DNA of 63,525 nt, filler included, from Octopus bimaculoides (GCF_001194135.2; 6 parts of 5 records of this genome joined end to end with filler, not necessarily neighbours in it); one strand, 5' to 3'. Shown: positions 24,766 to 37,816, numbered from the whole stretch's first letter. Notes: a model not told the origin generated them from the letters alone. Numbers and translations: made by a program.

Positions 24766-25612
24766 GAGAAATTAAGGAAAATAGACCAGATATAGTTGTC
24801 AAAGATCATGAAGAAAAAAAATGCTTTCTAATTGATGTATCAATACCAGCAGATNNNNNNNNNNNNNNNNNNNNNNNNNNNNNNNNNNNNNNNNNNNNNN
24901 NNNNNNNNNNNNNNNNNNNNNNNNNNNNNNNNNNNNNNNNNNNNNNNNNNNNNNNNNNNNNNNNNNNNNNNNNNNNNNNNNNNNNNNNNNNNNNNNNNNN
25001 NNNNNNNNNNNNNNNNNNNNNNNNNNNNNNNNNNNNNNNNNNNNNNNNNNNNNNNNNNNNNNNNNNNNNNNNNNNNNNNNNNNNNNNNNNNNNNNNNNNN
25101 NNNNNNNNNNNNNNNNNNNNNNNNNNNNNNNNNNNNNNNNNNNNNNNNNNNNNNNNNNNNNNNNNNNNNNNNNNNNNNNNNNNNNNNNNNNNNNNNNNNN
25201 NNNNNNNNNNNNNNNNNNNNNNNNNNNNNNNNNNNNNNNNNNNNNNNNNNNNNNNNNNNNNNNNNNNNNNNNNNNNNNNNNNNNNNNNNNNNNNNNNNNN
25301 NNNNNNNNNNNNNNNNNNNNNNNNNNNNNNNNNNNNNNNNNNNNNNNNNNNNNNNNNNNNNNNNNNNNNNNNNNNNNNNNNNNNNNNNNNNNNNNNNNNN
25401 NNNNNNNNNNNNNNNNNNNNNNNNNNNNNNNNNNNNNNNNNNNNNNNNNNNNNNNNNNNNNNNNNNNNNNNNNNNNNNNNNNNNNNNNNNNNNNNNNNNN
25501 NNNNNNNNNNNNNNNNNNNNNNNNNNNNNNNNNNNNNNNNNNNNNNNNNNNNNNGTCTCTGGGTGAGACTTGGATCCAACATGTACAAATGCAAAGCAAA
25601 AGTCAAACATAA

Positions 25613-25617
<5 letters not shown>
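24764..25617 (+). mobile_element. Short 5'-truncated R4/Dong-like copy embedded in (TAA)n
   Basis: After about 30 TAA units the frame reads REIKENRPDIVVKDHEEKKCFLIDVSIPAD (RLE nuclease). After the gap comes a 3' UTR ending AAAAGTCAAACATAAA, then (TAA)n again. Continuity across the 700-N gap is assumed. Confidence 0.8.
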
Positions 25618-25679
<62 letters not shown>

Positions 25680-25828
25680 CCTGTGAATTTGCGTGTGTAA
25701 ACTGGGAATGCATACAATGAGTTTCTCTGCCCTAGGTGTACGGAAACCACTCGGTGAGAAATGGAAGAAAATTTGAAGAAAGAAGAAAAAAAAACAACAT
25801 AATAATAATAATTACAGTAGTAGTAGTG

Positions 25829-25889
<61 letters not shown>

Positions 25890-26597
25890 ATGAAATTAAT
25901 TGTATGCATTTGAAAAAAGAAAATAAGCAGAAAATAAAATATGGATTGGTTAGGACAAGGTAAGACTTAATTTCCCTTTTAAAAATTTCGGGTTTTTAAA
26001 TTAACGACAACCTGTAGAGTCTCATGATTTCAGCTAATATTTCAATCATGGCTGTCAAAGTTGTCAGAGTTACAATGGCAAAGGAAAGGATTAAAATACG
26101 GAAACGCCCGTTTTCTGATAGCAAATGTGTTAGTTGCAACCACAGTAGCGGTAACAGTGATACTAATAGGTAGCAGCAGTAATAGCAGTTGTAGTGATGG
26201 TAGTCGTAATAGTAGTGGTAGTAATAGTGGTGGGGTTAGTAGTAGTAGTAGTAGTAGTAGCATCTGCAGTAGTAGTATTTGCAGTAGTAGTAGCGGTGGT
26301 TGTTGTAGTAGTAGTAGAAGTAGTATAGTAGCAGCAGCAGCATCAACAGTAGCAGTAGCTACGATAGTAGTAGAGGTGGTGGTGATGGTGGTAGTAGTAG
26401 TAGTAGTAATAGTGGTGTTGGAGGTGATGGTGGTGGTGGTGGTGGTGGTTGTATTAGTGGCTGCAGCAGTGGTAGCAGCNNNNNNNNNNNNNNNNNNNNN
26501 NNNNNNNNNNNNNNNNNNNNNNNNNNNNNNNNNNNNNNNNNNNNNNNNNNNNNNNNNNNNNNNNNNNNNNNNNNNNNNNNNNNNNNNNNNNNNNNNN

Positions 26598-26646
<49 letters not shown>

Positions 26647-26910
26647 TATATATATCTATATATATATATATACGTATGTGTGTGCGTGCGTATGTGTGTG
26701 TGTGTATGGTCGAGTAACAGACTCCTTAGCGCCTCTTGCAGCATTTAGTTATGATCCTTTCGCCCTGAGTTCAAACCCCACCGAAGGTAAACTTTCAAAA
26801 GGCAACTCTACGACCAACTGTATTCATTCTCTGTCATTATCCGTTTGGATATTGAGAGGGCGCAGGCCTGACGAGGAGACAATGTGGACAAATCCATCCC
26901 ATATAATAAC

Positions 26911-28916
26911 TATTGTATAGTGAAACTGTATACCTCTCCTGGTAAAAAGTGGTAGGAGTCAGCTATTATAAATAGACCAGTAGACGGTCGTTAAGAGAGA
27001 GTCGGGAGTCGACAGTTCTTGTGGAGCTATCAGTGATAGTAAGACAGAAGTTAGTTTATTACTATTCCGGTACGAAGAGATACAACAGTATCCGATGAGT
27101 AGTAACTATTGCGGCAACTAGCGTAAAACAGCAACTACAGTACAACGGCAGTCACACATCACATCAGTCGAAGGAACCCACTTTACAACAGTGACGACGA
27201 GGAAAAACAAATTTACGCAGAGTGAAAAAAAAAAAACATTCACACAGAGAGTTTAAATTAATTCACGTGGTAAATTAAATAACTCGACACACACAAAAAA
27301 AAGCAAAAATCTTGTGCAGACTTACGGAAAAGTGATGTGGAACATCATGTGTGAAGTACCAGTAACTATGGAGGAAATAAAATGCGAGAAATAACAACTT
27401 TGTTAATGAGATAAAAAAAATGTGGTCAACAGAAGGAAATAAAGAAAGGTCTGATGCAAAGAACCGCCAAGCTGTGAACGTTACTCTATGTGGGATGATG
27501 TACTAATGTACGCTCAGAGGGTGGTCATACAACAGTTATTACAGAAGATAATGCTAAATGAGTTCCATGTGGGACAGTCAAGCATTTCTAGAATGAAAGT
27601 GCTGATGCCATGCATGGCCAACTTCCTTGGCCATGCATGGACAAGGAAGTTGAAAACCTGGTAAGAGGCTGAAGAGGATGTGCGCTGGCAGCGAAACTAC
27701 TTACTACAAAATGTGAACCTTGATTCCGATTGCATATTGATTTTGTAAGCCCGGTAAATGGATTTTTTAATTAATAGTAGTGGACAGCTACACAAAATGG
27801 CCTGAGGTCGCAAGAAGTAAACGACTAACCTCATATACGGTAATAAACTTCTTACTCGAACTGTTCGCAAGATTTGGTGTACTGGATATAATTGCCTCTG
27901 ATAATGGAACACAATTTGTATCCTGTGAGTTTAAAAGATTACGTGAGGTGCTCACGTTAAAACATAAAACTATAGCACTGTGTCACCCTACATAGAAGGG
28001 CCGAACGATTCGTGGACACTTTTAAGAGAGCTTTACTGAAAGCTAATAAGGAAGCCACGGATAAGGTCGCGTTTCAGCAATTCTTAAGGGTATACAGGGT
28101 AACTCCAACCCCAAATGCACCAGAAGGAAGTTCACCAGCAAAATTAATGTTTGCCAGAAAAATGAAGTCAGTATTCGATAAACTGTTACTGGGGGGGGGG
28201 GATACGTGCTAGTAAAGATATGACAAAATTCTTTAGAAGCGGTGATAAGGTGTATGTAAGAATGTACAAAAATGACAAGCAATACTGGGAAGAAGGAGGA
28301 ATTGTAACATACATAGGAAGAATGATGTATGGTGTAAGAAGCAGAAAGGAGACATAGAAATCAACTTAAAGAAAGAGTCATAGAAAAGAAGCCAACAAGA
28401 GTAGGAATACCGATGGATTGGTTGTATGACACTTTTCTGATTCCATCACCGTTACAAAAATTCGAAAGGAAAAGGAAGATCACTGAATTCCTAAAAGTAG
28501 ACCTTAAGAAGAAAAAAATATTGAGTATATAAAAATAAATGAATAAAAAAGGAGGAGGTGGGGTGAATAAAAGAAATTGATTGTTAAATAAAATAATTGA
28601 AAGGGGAGATGTTATATTGTGAAACTCTATATCCCACCCGGTAAAAAGTGGTAGGGATGAGCCATTATAAATAGACCAGTAGACGGTCGTCAAGAGTGGG
28701 TCGAGAGTCGAAGAGTTGAAAGTTGACAGTTCTAGTCGGTGCCTTTGTGGAGCTATCAGCGATAGCAAGACAAAAGTTTGTGTTTTACTACTCCGGTACG
28801 AAGAGATACAGCGGTACCCGATGACTAGTAACCATTGTGGCTACTAGTGTATAAAAGCAACTACAGTACAACGGCAGTCATACATCACACCAGTGGAAGG
28901 AGCCCACTTTACAACA
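26911..28916 (+). mobile_element. Gypsy LTR retrotransposon, internally deleted: two LTRs plus a degenerate integrase only
   Basis: 5' LTR 26911-27190 and 3' LTR 28610-28916 share blocks such as TTATAAATAGACCAGTAGACGGTCGT and end CCCACTTTACAACA. PBS-like GTGACGACGAGG at 27191, PPT AAAGGGGAGA at 28600, flanks ATAAC/ATAAT. Confidence 0.92.
27540..28195 (+). pseudogene. Gypsy (Mag/K02A2.6-like) integrase pseudogene
   Basis: FHVGQSSISRMK (zinc-binding region), HIDF, VVDSYTKWPEV, IIASDNGTQFVSCEF, HPT..AERFVDTFKRAL and SSPAKLMFARKMKS; several stops and frameshifts. Confidence 0.9.
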
Positions 28917-29234
28917 ATAATGGAACACAAAACTGCAGGCTGTACATAACAGAAGCATTTCAAATCCAAAATATATGGAGAGCGGAAACAGTATTATTTC
29001 TTATATGTTTTAAGCACTGCATAGTAGCAACCCTGATACTTGTACACTATAGCAGCTAAAACTAAGAGCAGCAGTAAAATCTTTCTGCAGGACTAACAAC
29101 CAGCTGAGAGACACCAAGCAATACCAAGCGACATAATTAACATTGTTCTTTCTTGCAATTTAGTTCGCCCAGAATTGTCTGATCGAGTACAAGTGGATAA
29201 AAAACTCAGTTGATTCCTAATAAAACTGGAATGA

Positions 29235-29406
29235 TGCCAATTTCAAGGATGAGGGGAGGGAGTTAGTCTATTCCACTGTAATCTGACTTATCGACCCCGA
29301 AGGGTGAAAGGCAAGGCCAATCTCGACGGAATTTGAACTCAGAACGTAAAGAGCAGTAAGAAATGCTGCCAAACATTTTGTTCGATGCGCTAGCGATTCT
29401 GCCAGC
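29235..29406 (-). mobile_element. SINE family A
   Basis: Head AGCTGGCAGAATCGCTAGC, B box GAGTTCAAATTCC, body GCCTTTCACCCTTCGGGGTCGATAAG. Confidence 0.8.
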
Positions 29407-30023
29407 TATTTTGTAAAAAAACCAAGTAGTTTATATAATCTAAAATGTGTTCTCTCCCTGCCTTGGTGATATATAAACAGCAGGAGGTCATGACCTCTAT
29501 CATTCTGCATGTGTGTACACGCGATTTTGTGCATATGTGTGTGTGAGGGAGTGAAAGTATGTGTGTTTTTGTGAGACAGAGGGTTTTGTGCGTGTGTATG
29601 AGTATGTATTTATGTGTATGCAGATGAATATATGTGCATATATACCTTGTATTTGTGTGCGTGTGTATAAGGCATTTGTGTGAAGGTGCGTGTGTGAAAT
29701 ACTGGATGGAACATGAATAATGGATTGAAATATTCTATGTCCAGTTTTTGGTATCATGTCAAGTATTGCAACTAAGAGACAAAGCAGCGAAGAATAAGGG
29801 AAACGAATAAATAAATAAATAAATGAATAAATATGAGATAATTCAAGACAAAAGAAAAAAAAAAGAAATGGTGACGGAGAAAAAGATATATAGAAAGAAA
29901 ACAAGGAAAGAAATAGAGAAAGAAATGAAGATATGCCGGGGAAATTATAGAAAAGAAAACGAAATCACGGCATTNNNNNNNNNNNNNNNNNNNNNNNNNN
30001 NNNNNNNNNNNNNNNNNNNNNNN

Positions 30024-30079
<56 letters not shown>

Positions 30080-30116
30080 AGTATTTGCGTATGCATGTGT
30101 GTAAGTGTATATGTGT

Positions 30117-30151
<35 letters not shown>

Positions 30152-30882
30152 CACACACACACACATACATACAAACATGCACGCACAAATACGCGCATAT
30201 GCCCAATATATGCTCGTACGCACACATATAGTACACATATACGTACAGGCACACACTCATACACGTTATATATAGCATAAAACTGTTTTTCATCTTACCC
30301 GCATTTGTGGACGTCATATATCTGTGTGTGTGTGTATGCGTAGCTGTATGATTGTGAGTGCGCGCGTGCGCACGTATATATATATATATATNNNNNNNNN
30401 NNNNNNNNNNNNNNNNNNNNNNNNNNNNNNNNNNNNNNNNNNNNNNNNNNNNNNNNNNNNNNNNNNNNNNNNNNNNNNNNNNNNNNNNNNNNNNNNNNNN
30501 NNNNNNNNNNNNNNNNNNNNNNNNNNNNNNNNNNNNNNNNNNNNNNNNNNNNNNNNNNNNNNNNNNNCTTGCGCAGGCACACACATATACACACTCTTAC
30601 ACAAACACATACATATATTTGATTATAATTGCACATAAAGATGCATAATCCACATGCACAGATTTCAGCAAACACAGAAATTCAAAGATAGATATATATG
30701 CATATGCACACGTACACACTTACACACATGGTCACATTCTCGTTGACACATTCACTTATGCACACATACATACGCCTCATCCTATGGAAACGCGTGCAAG
30801 CAAGTAGCAAGATGCGCCCACTCGGACGCGAATGATCATGCGAAAACATCACAGACACACACACACACACACACACACTCTG

Positions 30883-30920
<38 letters not shown>

Positions 30921-31769
30921 GCATGCATACTAACATATGTAACTAACATGCATACTAACATATGTAAGTAGATGCATGTATGCGCACAAATATTCATAAA
31001 CCTACAGATACAAATATATGCATGATAAATGCATGCATGATTTATGAGCTGCAAGAAAAAAATGAGAAAAATAATAAAGATAAATCTGGAGAAGAAAAAA
31101 TAATGTTAAACCTAAGCATCTTTAGTCACAGTTTAATGTTGCAAGTTGACCTTTTGGTGTTTTACTGTACAAAACATCTTTGGAAGAGGTATGAATGGTG
31201 AAAATTGAATCAGTTCCTCTTTTTCTTTTATATTTCTCTTACTTTTATTCTTTCTCTATATTTTCCTTTTTCCTATTTTGTCTTTTTCTCTCCAGAAATG
31301 TAGCGTAAAAAAAGCTACAAAATATTATCTGAAAACACGTAATGTAATGGTGTTTTTGACTTCATACAAAGTTAACGCTTTTATAAAGGAGCGGAGATGT
31401 AGATTTGAGGAAATAGCTCTCAATATAATCGTTGGTTATGGGACGTCTTGGCATAGCTGTTTTGCCGCTGCTTTTTGATTGTGATTTATTTGACAACAGA
31501 CTTTTTAATATTTCAGTCGCTTTAATGTTTCTCTCGTTCTTCTCTTTCTTCCCTTCCTCCCTCTTCACTTCCTCCTTCCCATCTCTCTTTCTGTTTATGT
31601 GTGTGAACATATTTCTCTTTATGAGTAAGAGGGGTGGTAGTGTCTATGTCAATCGTGTTCAATTAATAAATTATAATGTCTCTCTCTCTATCTTTCTCTC
31701 CCTCCCACTCTCTTTATGTGTATGTGTATGTGTATGTCTCTGCACACATGCGTGTACGTGCATGTATCT

Positions 31770-32654
31770 CCAGCTCCAAAAAGTGCTCTCGACTAAACAG
31801 GTCGACTTTCTGACTCTGCTTCAGACGTTGACGATGATACTGGAGTTGCTCTGGTTCAAGTTGGTATTAAGGACACTTTTCTTCTTTTGGATGTATGGAT
31901 AGTTTTGGAACTGGCTGCCTTTCCATTTCGATACCCAACCTGTCCCTTGCTTTCAATTTGAAGATAATATAACCTTCTATTCTCACTGAACAGCTATTCA
32001 CCGTCTTCCTTTGTGATGTCAAAAATTCCTTTCAATGAATCGCATTTTCTTCGTTTTACACATTTATCTTACGTATTCAGCACTTTTCCTGCTTTTGCTT
32101 GTACATTTTGAATTGATAAATATGGGAAATTTAATTTCTTTTGCCATAGAAAAGTTACTTCTTTCGAAATTTCCTTTGTTCTTTCTTTCCGTCCTTTAGT
32201 GATACCTCCAAGGAACAGGTAGCCGCCGACAATTTGAAGTTTCATTGGTATCCTGAAGTTGTTTTCCAAAGAATGCTCTTCTAGAGGAACAGGTCTTCTT
32301 TTCCTATGTGAATCTTGAAATTGCACGAGATTCTTCACCCAGATTTTTTTGTTTCTTTGAGTGACACAAGCACTTCACTTATGAGACATTATTTTAGATA
32401 CTCTAGTTGGATAAGCCTATTATTCTGAAAAACAGTTAATATAGTCAGAGTTTTTAGCGTCGCAGATATAAAAAGGAGAGAGAGAAGATATTTCCTAAAG
32501 TAAGGCCTAAGTGGTGACAAATTAAAAACTCTTTAACTCCTAAACTACTTAAACTTGGAAGTTGAAATTTGAGATATGCTGCATCTGCATTGTATTAAGT
32601 CAGCACACCAAGTTTGGTAAAACCCTGAGTAGGCATTATGAGCCCCACCCCTTA
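31770..32654 (-). mobile_element. 5' part of a DNA transposon, tentatively hAT superfamily (hATm-like)
   Basis: Minus-strand terminus TAAGGGGTGGGGCTC. One frame with stops reads IPMKLQIVGGYLF..KEISKEVTFLWQKKLNFPYLSIQNVQAK..LKGIFDI..YYLQIESKGQVG, resembling from recall hATm transposase N-termini. The catalytic region is absent. Confidence 0.5.
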
Positions 32655-32903
32655 GAATTTTGCATGATTTGGGTAAAAAATGATTATAGCTTTCTTCAGT
32701 TGGAGGTAATATTAAAAAAAAAAATTTTAATAAAGGTTATTTTCCCTACTCATATAAAATTGTTCATCGACTTTTGATACAAGAAACTGTCTACTTTCAA
32801 AATTTTCAAAAAGTCATAACCCTAATATGTATGTATGTGTGTATGTATGTATGTATGTATGTATGTATGTATGTATGTATGTACGTACGTACGTACGTAC
32901 GTA

Positions 32904-32996
<93 letters not shown>

Positions 32997-33635
32997 ACAA
33001 ACACACACACACATATGTATTCAAATAGTTAATGATTGATAATTTCTATTATTGACAGTCAGCTTATATACTAAAGGTTTATTATTAGACTTGTGAGTCG
33101 GCGGACTGTCGGATTTAGAGAAGGAAAAGGGATAATCCTTTAGGAAAGAAAAATTGGCTGTCCATAATAGAAAAGTGTCAAGAGATTTGGTGTTTTATTT
33201 GTATTTTAAAACCCGATTCAATACAGAGTTAAAAGCTGTGAGACCAGGAACAAGTGTTTTTAATATGACATGTACAAAAGAAGTGGACAGATCAAAATAT
33301 AGATACCGAGAGAATTTGGGAAAATATGTTTCACATTTTCAGATGCGATAGCGTGTAATGATTTGCAAGCTTCCATTAAGGGTTTCATATTTGACTCACA
33401 AAATTCTGGTTAGTAGGGTATATTTATTTAGATTAGAGCAAAACTATAGTATAGTTTCACAACACAAATATTTAAACACGCGGCAATGCGTCTTGTTGAA
33501 AGGGAACTGATAAACGTTAAATAACTGATAATAATAGAAACTCAAATAAAACACATATCGATTTTCGGAATGGGACGTAGAACTGAACAAAGCAGATATA
33601 AAACGAATTAGAACCAAACAATAAACGAGGCTAGT

Positions 33636-33890
33636 GGAGGCGCGTGGCCTAGTGGTTAGGGTGTCAGCACCATGATTGTAAGATTGTGGTTTCGATTCCT
33701 GGACCGGGTAACGCGTTGTATTTTTGAGCAAAACACTTCATTTCACGTTGCTCCAGTCTACTCTGCTGGCAAAAATGAGTAACGCTGCGATGGACTGGCG
33801 TCCCGTCCAGCTGGGGAACACATACGCCATTGAAACCGGGAAACCGGGCCCATGAGCCTGGCTAGGCTTTAAAAGGGCGCATTTATCTTT
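33636..33890 (+). mobile_element. tRNA-derived SINE carrying a V-domain-like block (V-SINE type)
   Basis: A box TGGCCTAGTGG, B box GGTTTCGATTCC, and GCTGCGATGGACTGGCGTCCCGTCCAG at about 33785-33810, matching the V-SINE core as I recall it. Confidence 0.75.
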
Positions 33891-34160
33891 TTAATAAACG
33901 AGACAGGCTTTAAGATTTGAGACAAATATAATAGAATTAAAGAAAGACAAACTATCTAATAAAGAAATTGGCAAAGTAAATAAGAGGTAAGTCTGAAGGG
34001 TTAGATTACATTTGTAAAATCTTGCAAGAATAAGAATTATATGGAAGGAATGATGTCTTTTTAAAGGAGCAAAAGCCCTCAATGTTCCAGGAAATATTTC
34101 AGAGATATTTGTCCCACATTGAATGGCGATATTTTGTCTGTTAATAGTGATGTGTTTAAA

Positions 34161-34363
34161 GGCTGCGAGCTGGCAGAATCGTTAGCACATCGGGGAAGAC
34201 GCTACGTAGCATTTCGTCCGTTTTTACGTTGTGTGTTCAAATTCCGCCGAGGTCGACTTTGCCTTTCGGGGTCAATAAAACCAGTACCGGTTGAACACTG
34301 GAGGCGATGTAAGCGATTGACGCCCTTCCCCAAAATTGCTGGCCTTGTGCCAAAATTTGAAAG
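34161..34363 (+). mobile_element. SINE family A, full length
   Basis: GCGAGCTGGCAGAATCGTTAGC..GTTCAAATTCCGCCGAGGTCGACTTTGCC..GGCCTTGTGCCAAAATTTGAAA. Confidence 0.88.
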
Positions 34364-34452
34364 CAGTATGTGTGTGTTTGAGTGTGTATGTTTATGTCTG
34401 GTATATGCCTGTACATACATACAGACATAAATTTGTATGTCTGTAAATAGAC

Positions 34453-34506
34453 TAGACGGTATTATTTGATCTTTTCACCCGCACGATTTTCCCTAACAAA
34501 GAAAAA

Positions 34507-34548
<42 letters not shown>

Positions 34549-35311
34549 TACACACAAAACTGAAACTAATTTCAGCGCCAAAAATTGCAATCGGAAAACG
34601 CTTTAGTTTTTCAAATCTATTCTGTCATCTGGGATTATAATATGTATTATATCCAGTGATTTTAAGAGGTAGGAAAAAGATATTTTGTTTTAATATTTTA
34701 CTCCATTTCACTCTTACATGCAAAAACTCTAACGTGTATTTTTTAGANNNNNNNNNNNNNNNNNNNNNNNNNNNNNNNNNNNNNNNNNNNNNNNNNNNNN
34801 NNNNNNNNNNNNNNNNNNNNNNNNNNNNNNNNNNNNNNNNNNNNNNNNNNNNNNNNNNNNNNNNNNNNNNNNNNNNNNNNNNNNNNNNNNNNNNNNNNNN
34901 NNNNNNNNNNNNNNNAAACTTCTTTGAATTTTCAATCTAATGTGATCCACACTCTCCCGAAAACGTATTTCTGCATTTTTGTTATCTAAAATTATGGGTA
35001 AAGAAAGAAATGGAAAAAATATTTGAATATGGGGATGAAGGTGAAATTTCCGAGAGTTCCACCCTACCTCATCCCGTTTTTCGGACCCCCAAAAAAGGGT
35101 TTTGTAGCAACGAAAAAAAAAAAAAAAATTCCAATAATTCCGACATATGGGGAGAGTCCGGTTTCCCACCGCACTTTTTTTCCTAATAAAAATAAGGGGT
35201 TTGCAGCATATTAGGAGGTCGGGGTGCTTGATTCCTCGCAAAACATCCGAGTTTTCATTTTTTTTTCTTAGTGAAAATCGTGCGGGTGAAAGAATCAAAA
35301 TTTACCGACTA
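34453..35311. mobile_element. Non-autonomous TIR element with TAG...CTA ends and a 3-bp TSD (Academ-like)
   Basis: Left TAGACGGTATTATTTGATCTTTTCACCCGCACGATTTT; right end reverse-complemented TAGTCGGTAAATTTTGATTCTTTCACCCGCACGATTTT. GAC flanks both ends (34450-34452, 35312-35314). Confidence 0.7.
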
Positions 35312-35613
35312 GACTACATCCGTACGATGCTGAACAAACATTAGTGCAAAGAATAAATCGTGATACATTCGCAGAGTTTGCTTCTTCAAAGGGGTATCAT
35401 CATTATGTTTTTCTTAGTCCCAAATTCTACAAGCCAGCTTAATCTTTCTGAATACTATCTAACTTACAAATTTACTTGACCAATGCTATATTTAAGGAAA
35501 TCTATTGTATTTGCCTTTGATTTAAAACCACTGCCAAGCTAATTGCTGTTTTATCGCTGTTTCATCTGCGTATTTAAAAAACAGTGTCTGGTCTTTCATA
35601 CATACATACATGC

Positions 35614-35649
<36 letters not shown>

Positions 35650-35845
35650 GTACGTGCGTACGTGCGTGTTTGTGTGTGCATGTGTGCGCGCGTGTGTGCG
35701 TATGCATAATTTTTAGAAATGGTTTTACTTTTTTTTCTCCCTGCACAATATTCAGTTTCCTTGTCTTTTTTTCAAATTTTAGTTTAAACCCTTTCTCTTT
35801 GTTAAAAAGAAGTTTTACACCCCTACGTAATTTTATTATACTCTT

Positions 35846-35881
<36 letters not shown>

Positions 35882-37492
35882 NNNNNNNNNNNNNNNNNNN
35901 NNNNNNNNNNNNNNNNNNNNNNNNNNNNNNNNNNNNNNNNNNNNNNNNNNNNNNNNNNNNNNNNNNNNNNNNNNNNNNNNNNNNNNNNNNNNNNNNNNNN
36001 NNNNNNNNNNNNNNNNNNNNNNNNNNNNNNNNNNNNNNNNNNNNNNNNNNNNNNNNNNNNNNNNNNNNNNNNNNNNNNNNNNNNNNNNNNNNNNNNNNNN
36101 NNNNNNNNNNNNNNNNNNNNNNNNNNNNNNNNNNNNNNNNNNNNNNNNNNNNNNNNNNNNNNNNNNNNNNNNNNNNNNNNNNNNNNNNNNNNNNNNNNNN
36201 NNNNNNNNNNNNNNNNNNNNNNNNNNNNNNNNNNNNNNNNNNNNNNNNNNNNNNNNNNNNNNNNNNNNNNNNNNNNNNNNNNNNNNNNNNNNNNNNNNNN
36301 NNNNNNNNNNNNNNNNNNNNNNNNNNNNNNNNNNNNNNNNNNNNNNNNNNNNNNNNNNNNNNNNNNNNNNNNNNNNNNNNNNNNNNNNNNNNNNNNNNNN
36401 NNNNNNNNNNNNNNNNNNNNNNNNNNNNNNNNNNNNNNNNNNNNNNNNNNNNNNNNNNNNNNNNNNNNNNNNNNNNNNNNNNNNNNNNNNNNNNNNNNNN
36501 NNNNNNNNNNNNNNNNNNNNNNNNNNNNNNNNNNNNNNNNNNNNNNNNNNNNNNNNNNNNNNNNNNNNNNNNNNNNNNNNNNNNNNNNNNNNNNNNNNNN
36601 NNNNNNNNNNNNNNNNNNNNNNNNNNNNNNNNNNNNNNNNNNNNNNNNNNNNNNNNNNNNNNNNNNNNNNNNNNNNNNNNNNNNNNNNNNNNNNNNNNNN
36701 NNNNNNNNNNNNNNNNNNNNNNNNNNNNNNNNNNNNNNNNNNNNNNNNNNNNNNNNNNNNNNNNNNNNNNNNNNNNNNNNNNNNNGTAGTTTACTTAGTA
36801 CGGAATGGATGTGAGTTTCCATCCCTCAATGGGAACATGTATCGTATATAATTATCTAATGAATTCATACTTTTCTCTTTACATATAATAAATATTATTA
36901 CTCGTAGCATTAACCGATCACCAAAAACTGGTTCCTTTTGTTTGACTGCGCTAAATTCCCGCAATAACATCTGTTAATTCTGTAGTCTTGCACTTAACTG
37001 TATTAAGACCTCGAATAGTAAATATAGAATCTTTCAATGCCAGGATGTGAAAAAATGTGCAATTATATCCATCGCATGGGCGCGCGCGGCCTCACTCCCA
37101 CATTTATGAACACACACACCTCACACACACACGCCCCTCCCCCCACACACTTATGCACATATCCACCTCAGAAACATATAACAAAAAATCTAAGTAAAGA
37201 GAGAGAGAGANNNNNNNNNNTGCATACAGTTTCACACCATCTACCTAACATTTACGCACACAAACACCACTATACTTCCACAACTGCACACCTCTATACA
37301 CATACATGTATCTCACTCTTATACTTGCATCTACACATTCACCCCTTCCTCCATTTTTAATTTTCCCACCATATAACAACATCCCCACCTAGTTTTTAAC
37401 CATTCACACGTTTCTCGTGTTTTTCTTCCTCACTCTTATGATCTTTTCATTCTTCTGACGAAGAATTAACGCCCGAAACGTCACGTAACAAC

Positions 37493-37529
<37 letters not shown>

Positions 37530-37816
37530 GCCGATTCCTATGGATCGCATATATTGTAATTCTTCGAAACATATGTCGGAAATTAAAGTATGCAATTAAA
37601 ATATGCGTTTTACTCCATTCTTTAAATTTATATATACTCAAATACCCAAAATATCAAGGAGTTTCTACCTCATAAACAGGAGTTACACCACAGTTATTTT
37701 ATGATCTTTGCTACCCNNNNNNNNNNNNNNNNNNNNNNNNNNNNNNNNNNNNNNNNNNNNTTAATTAATTAANNNNNNNNNNNNNNNNNNNNNNNNNNNN
37801 NNNNNNNNNNNNNNNN

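Noticed and set aside
33645-33700. tRNA gene suggested by A and B boxes here and in other SINE heads
   Set aside because: No complete cloverleaf, and each continues into a repeated SINE body.
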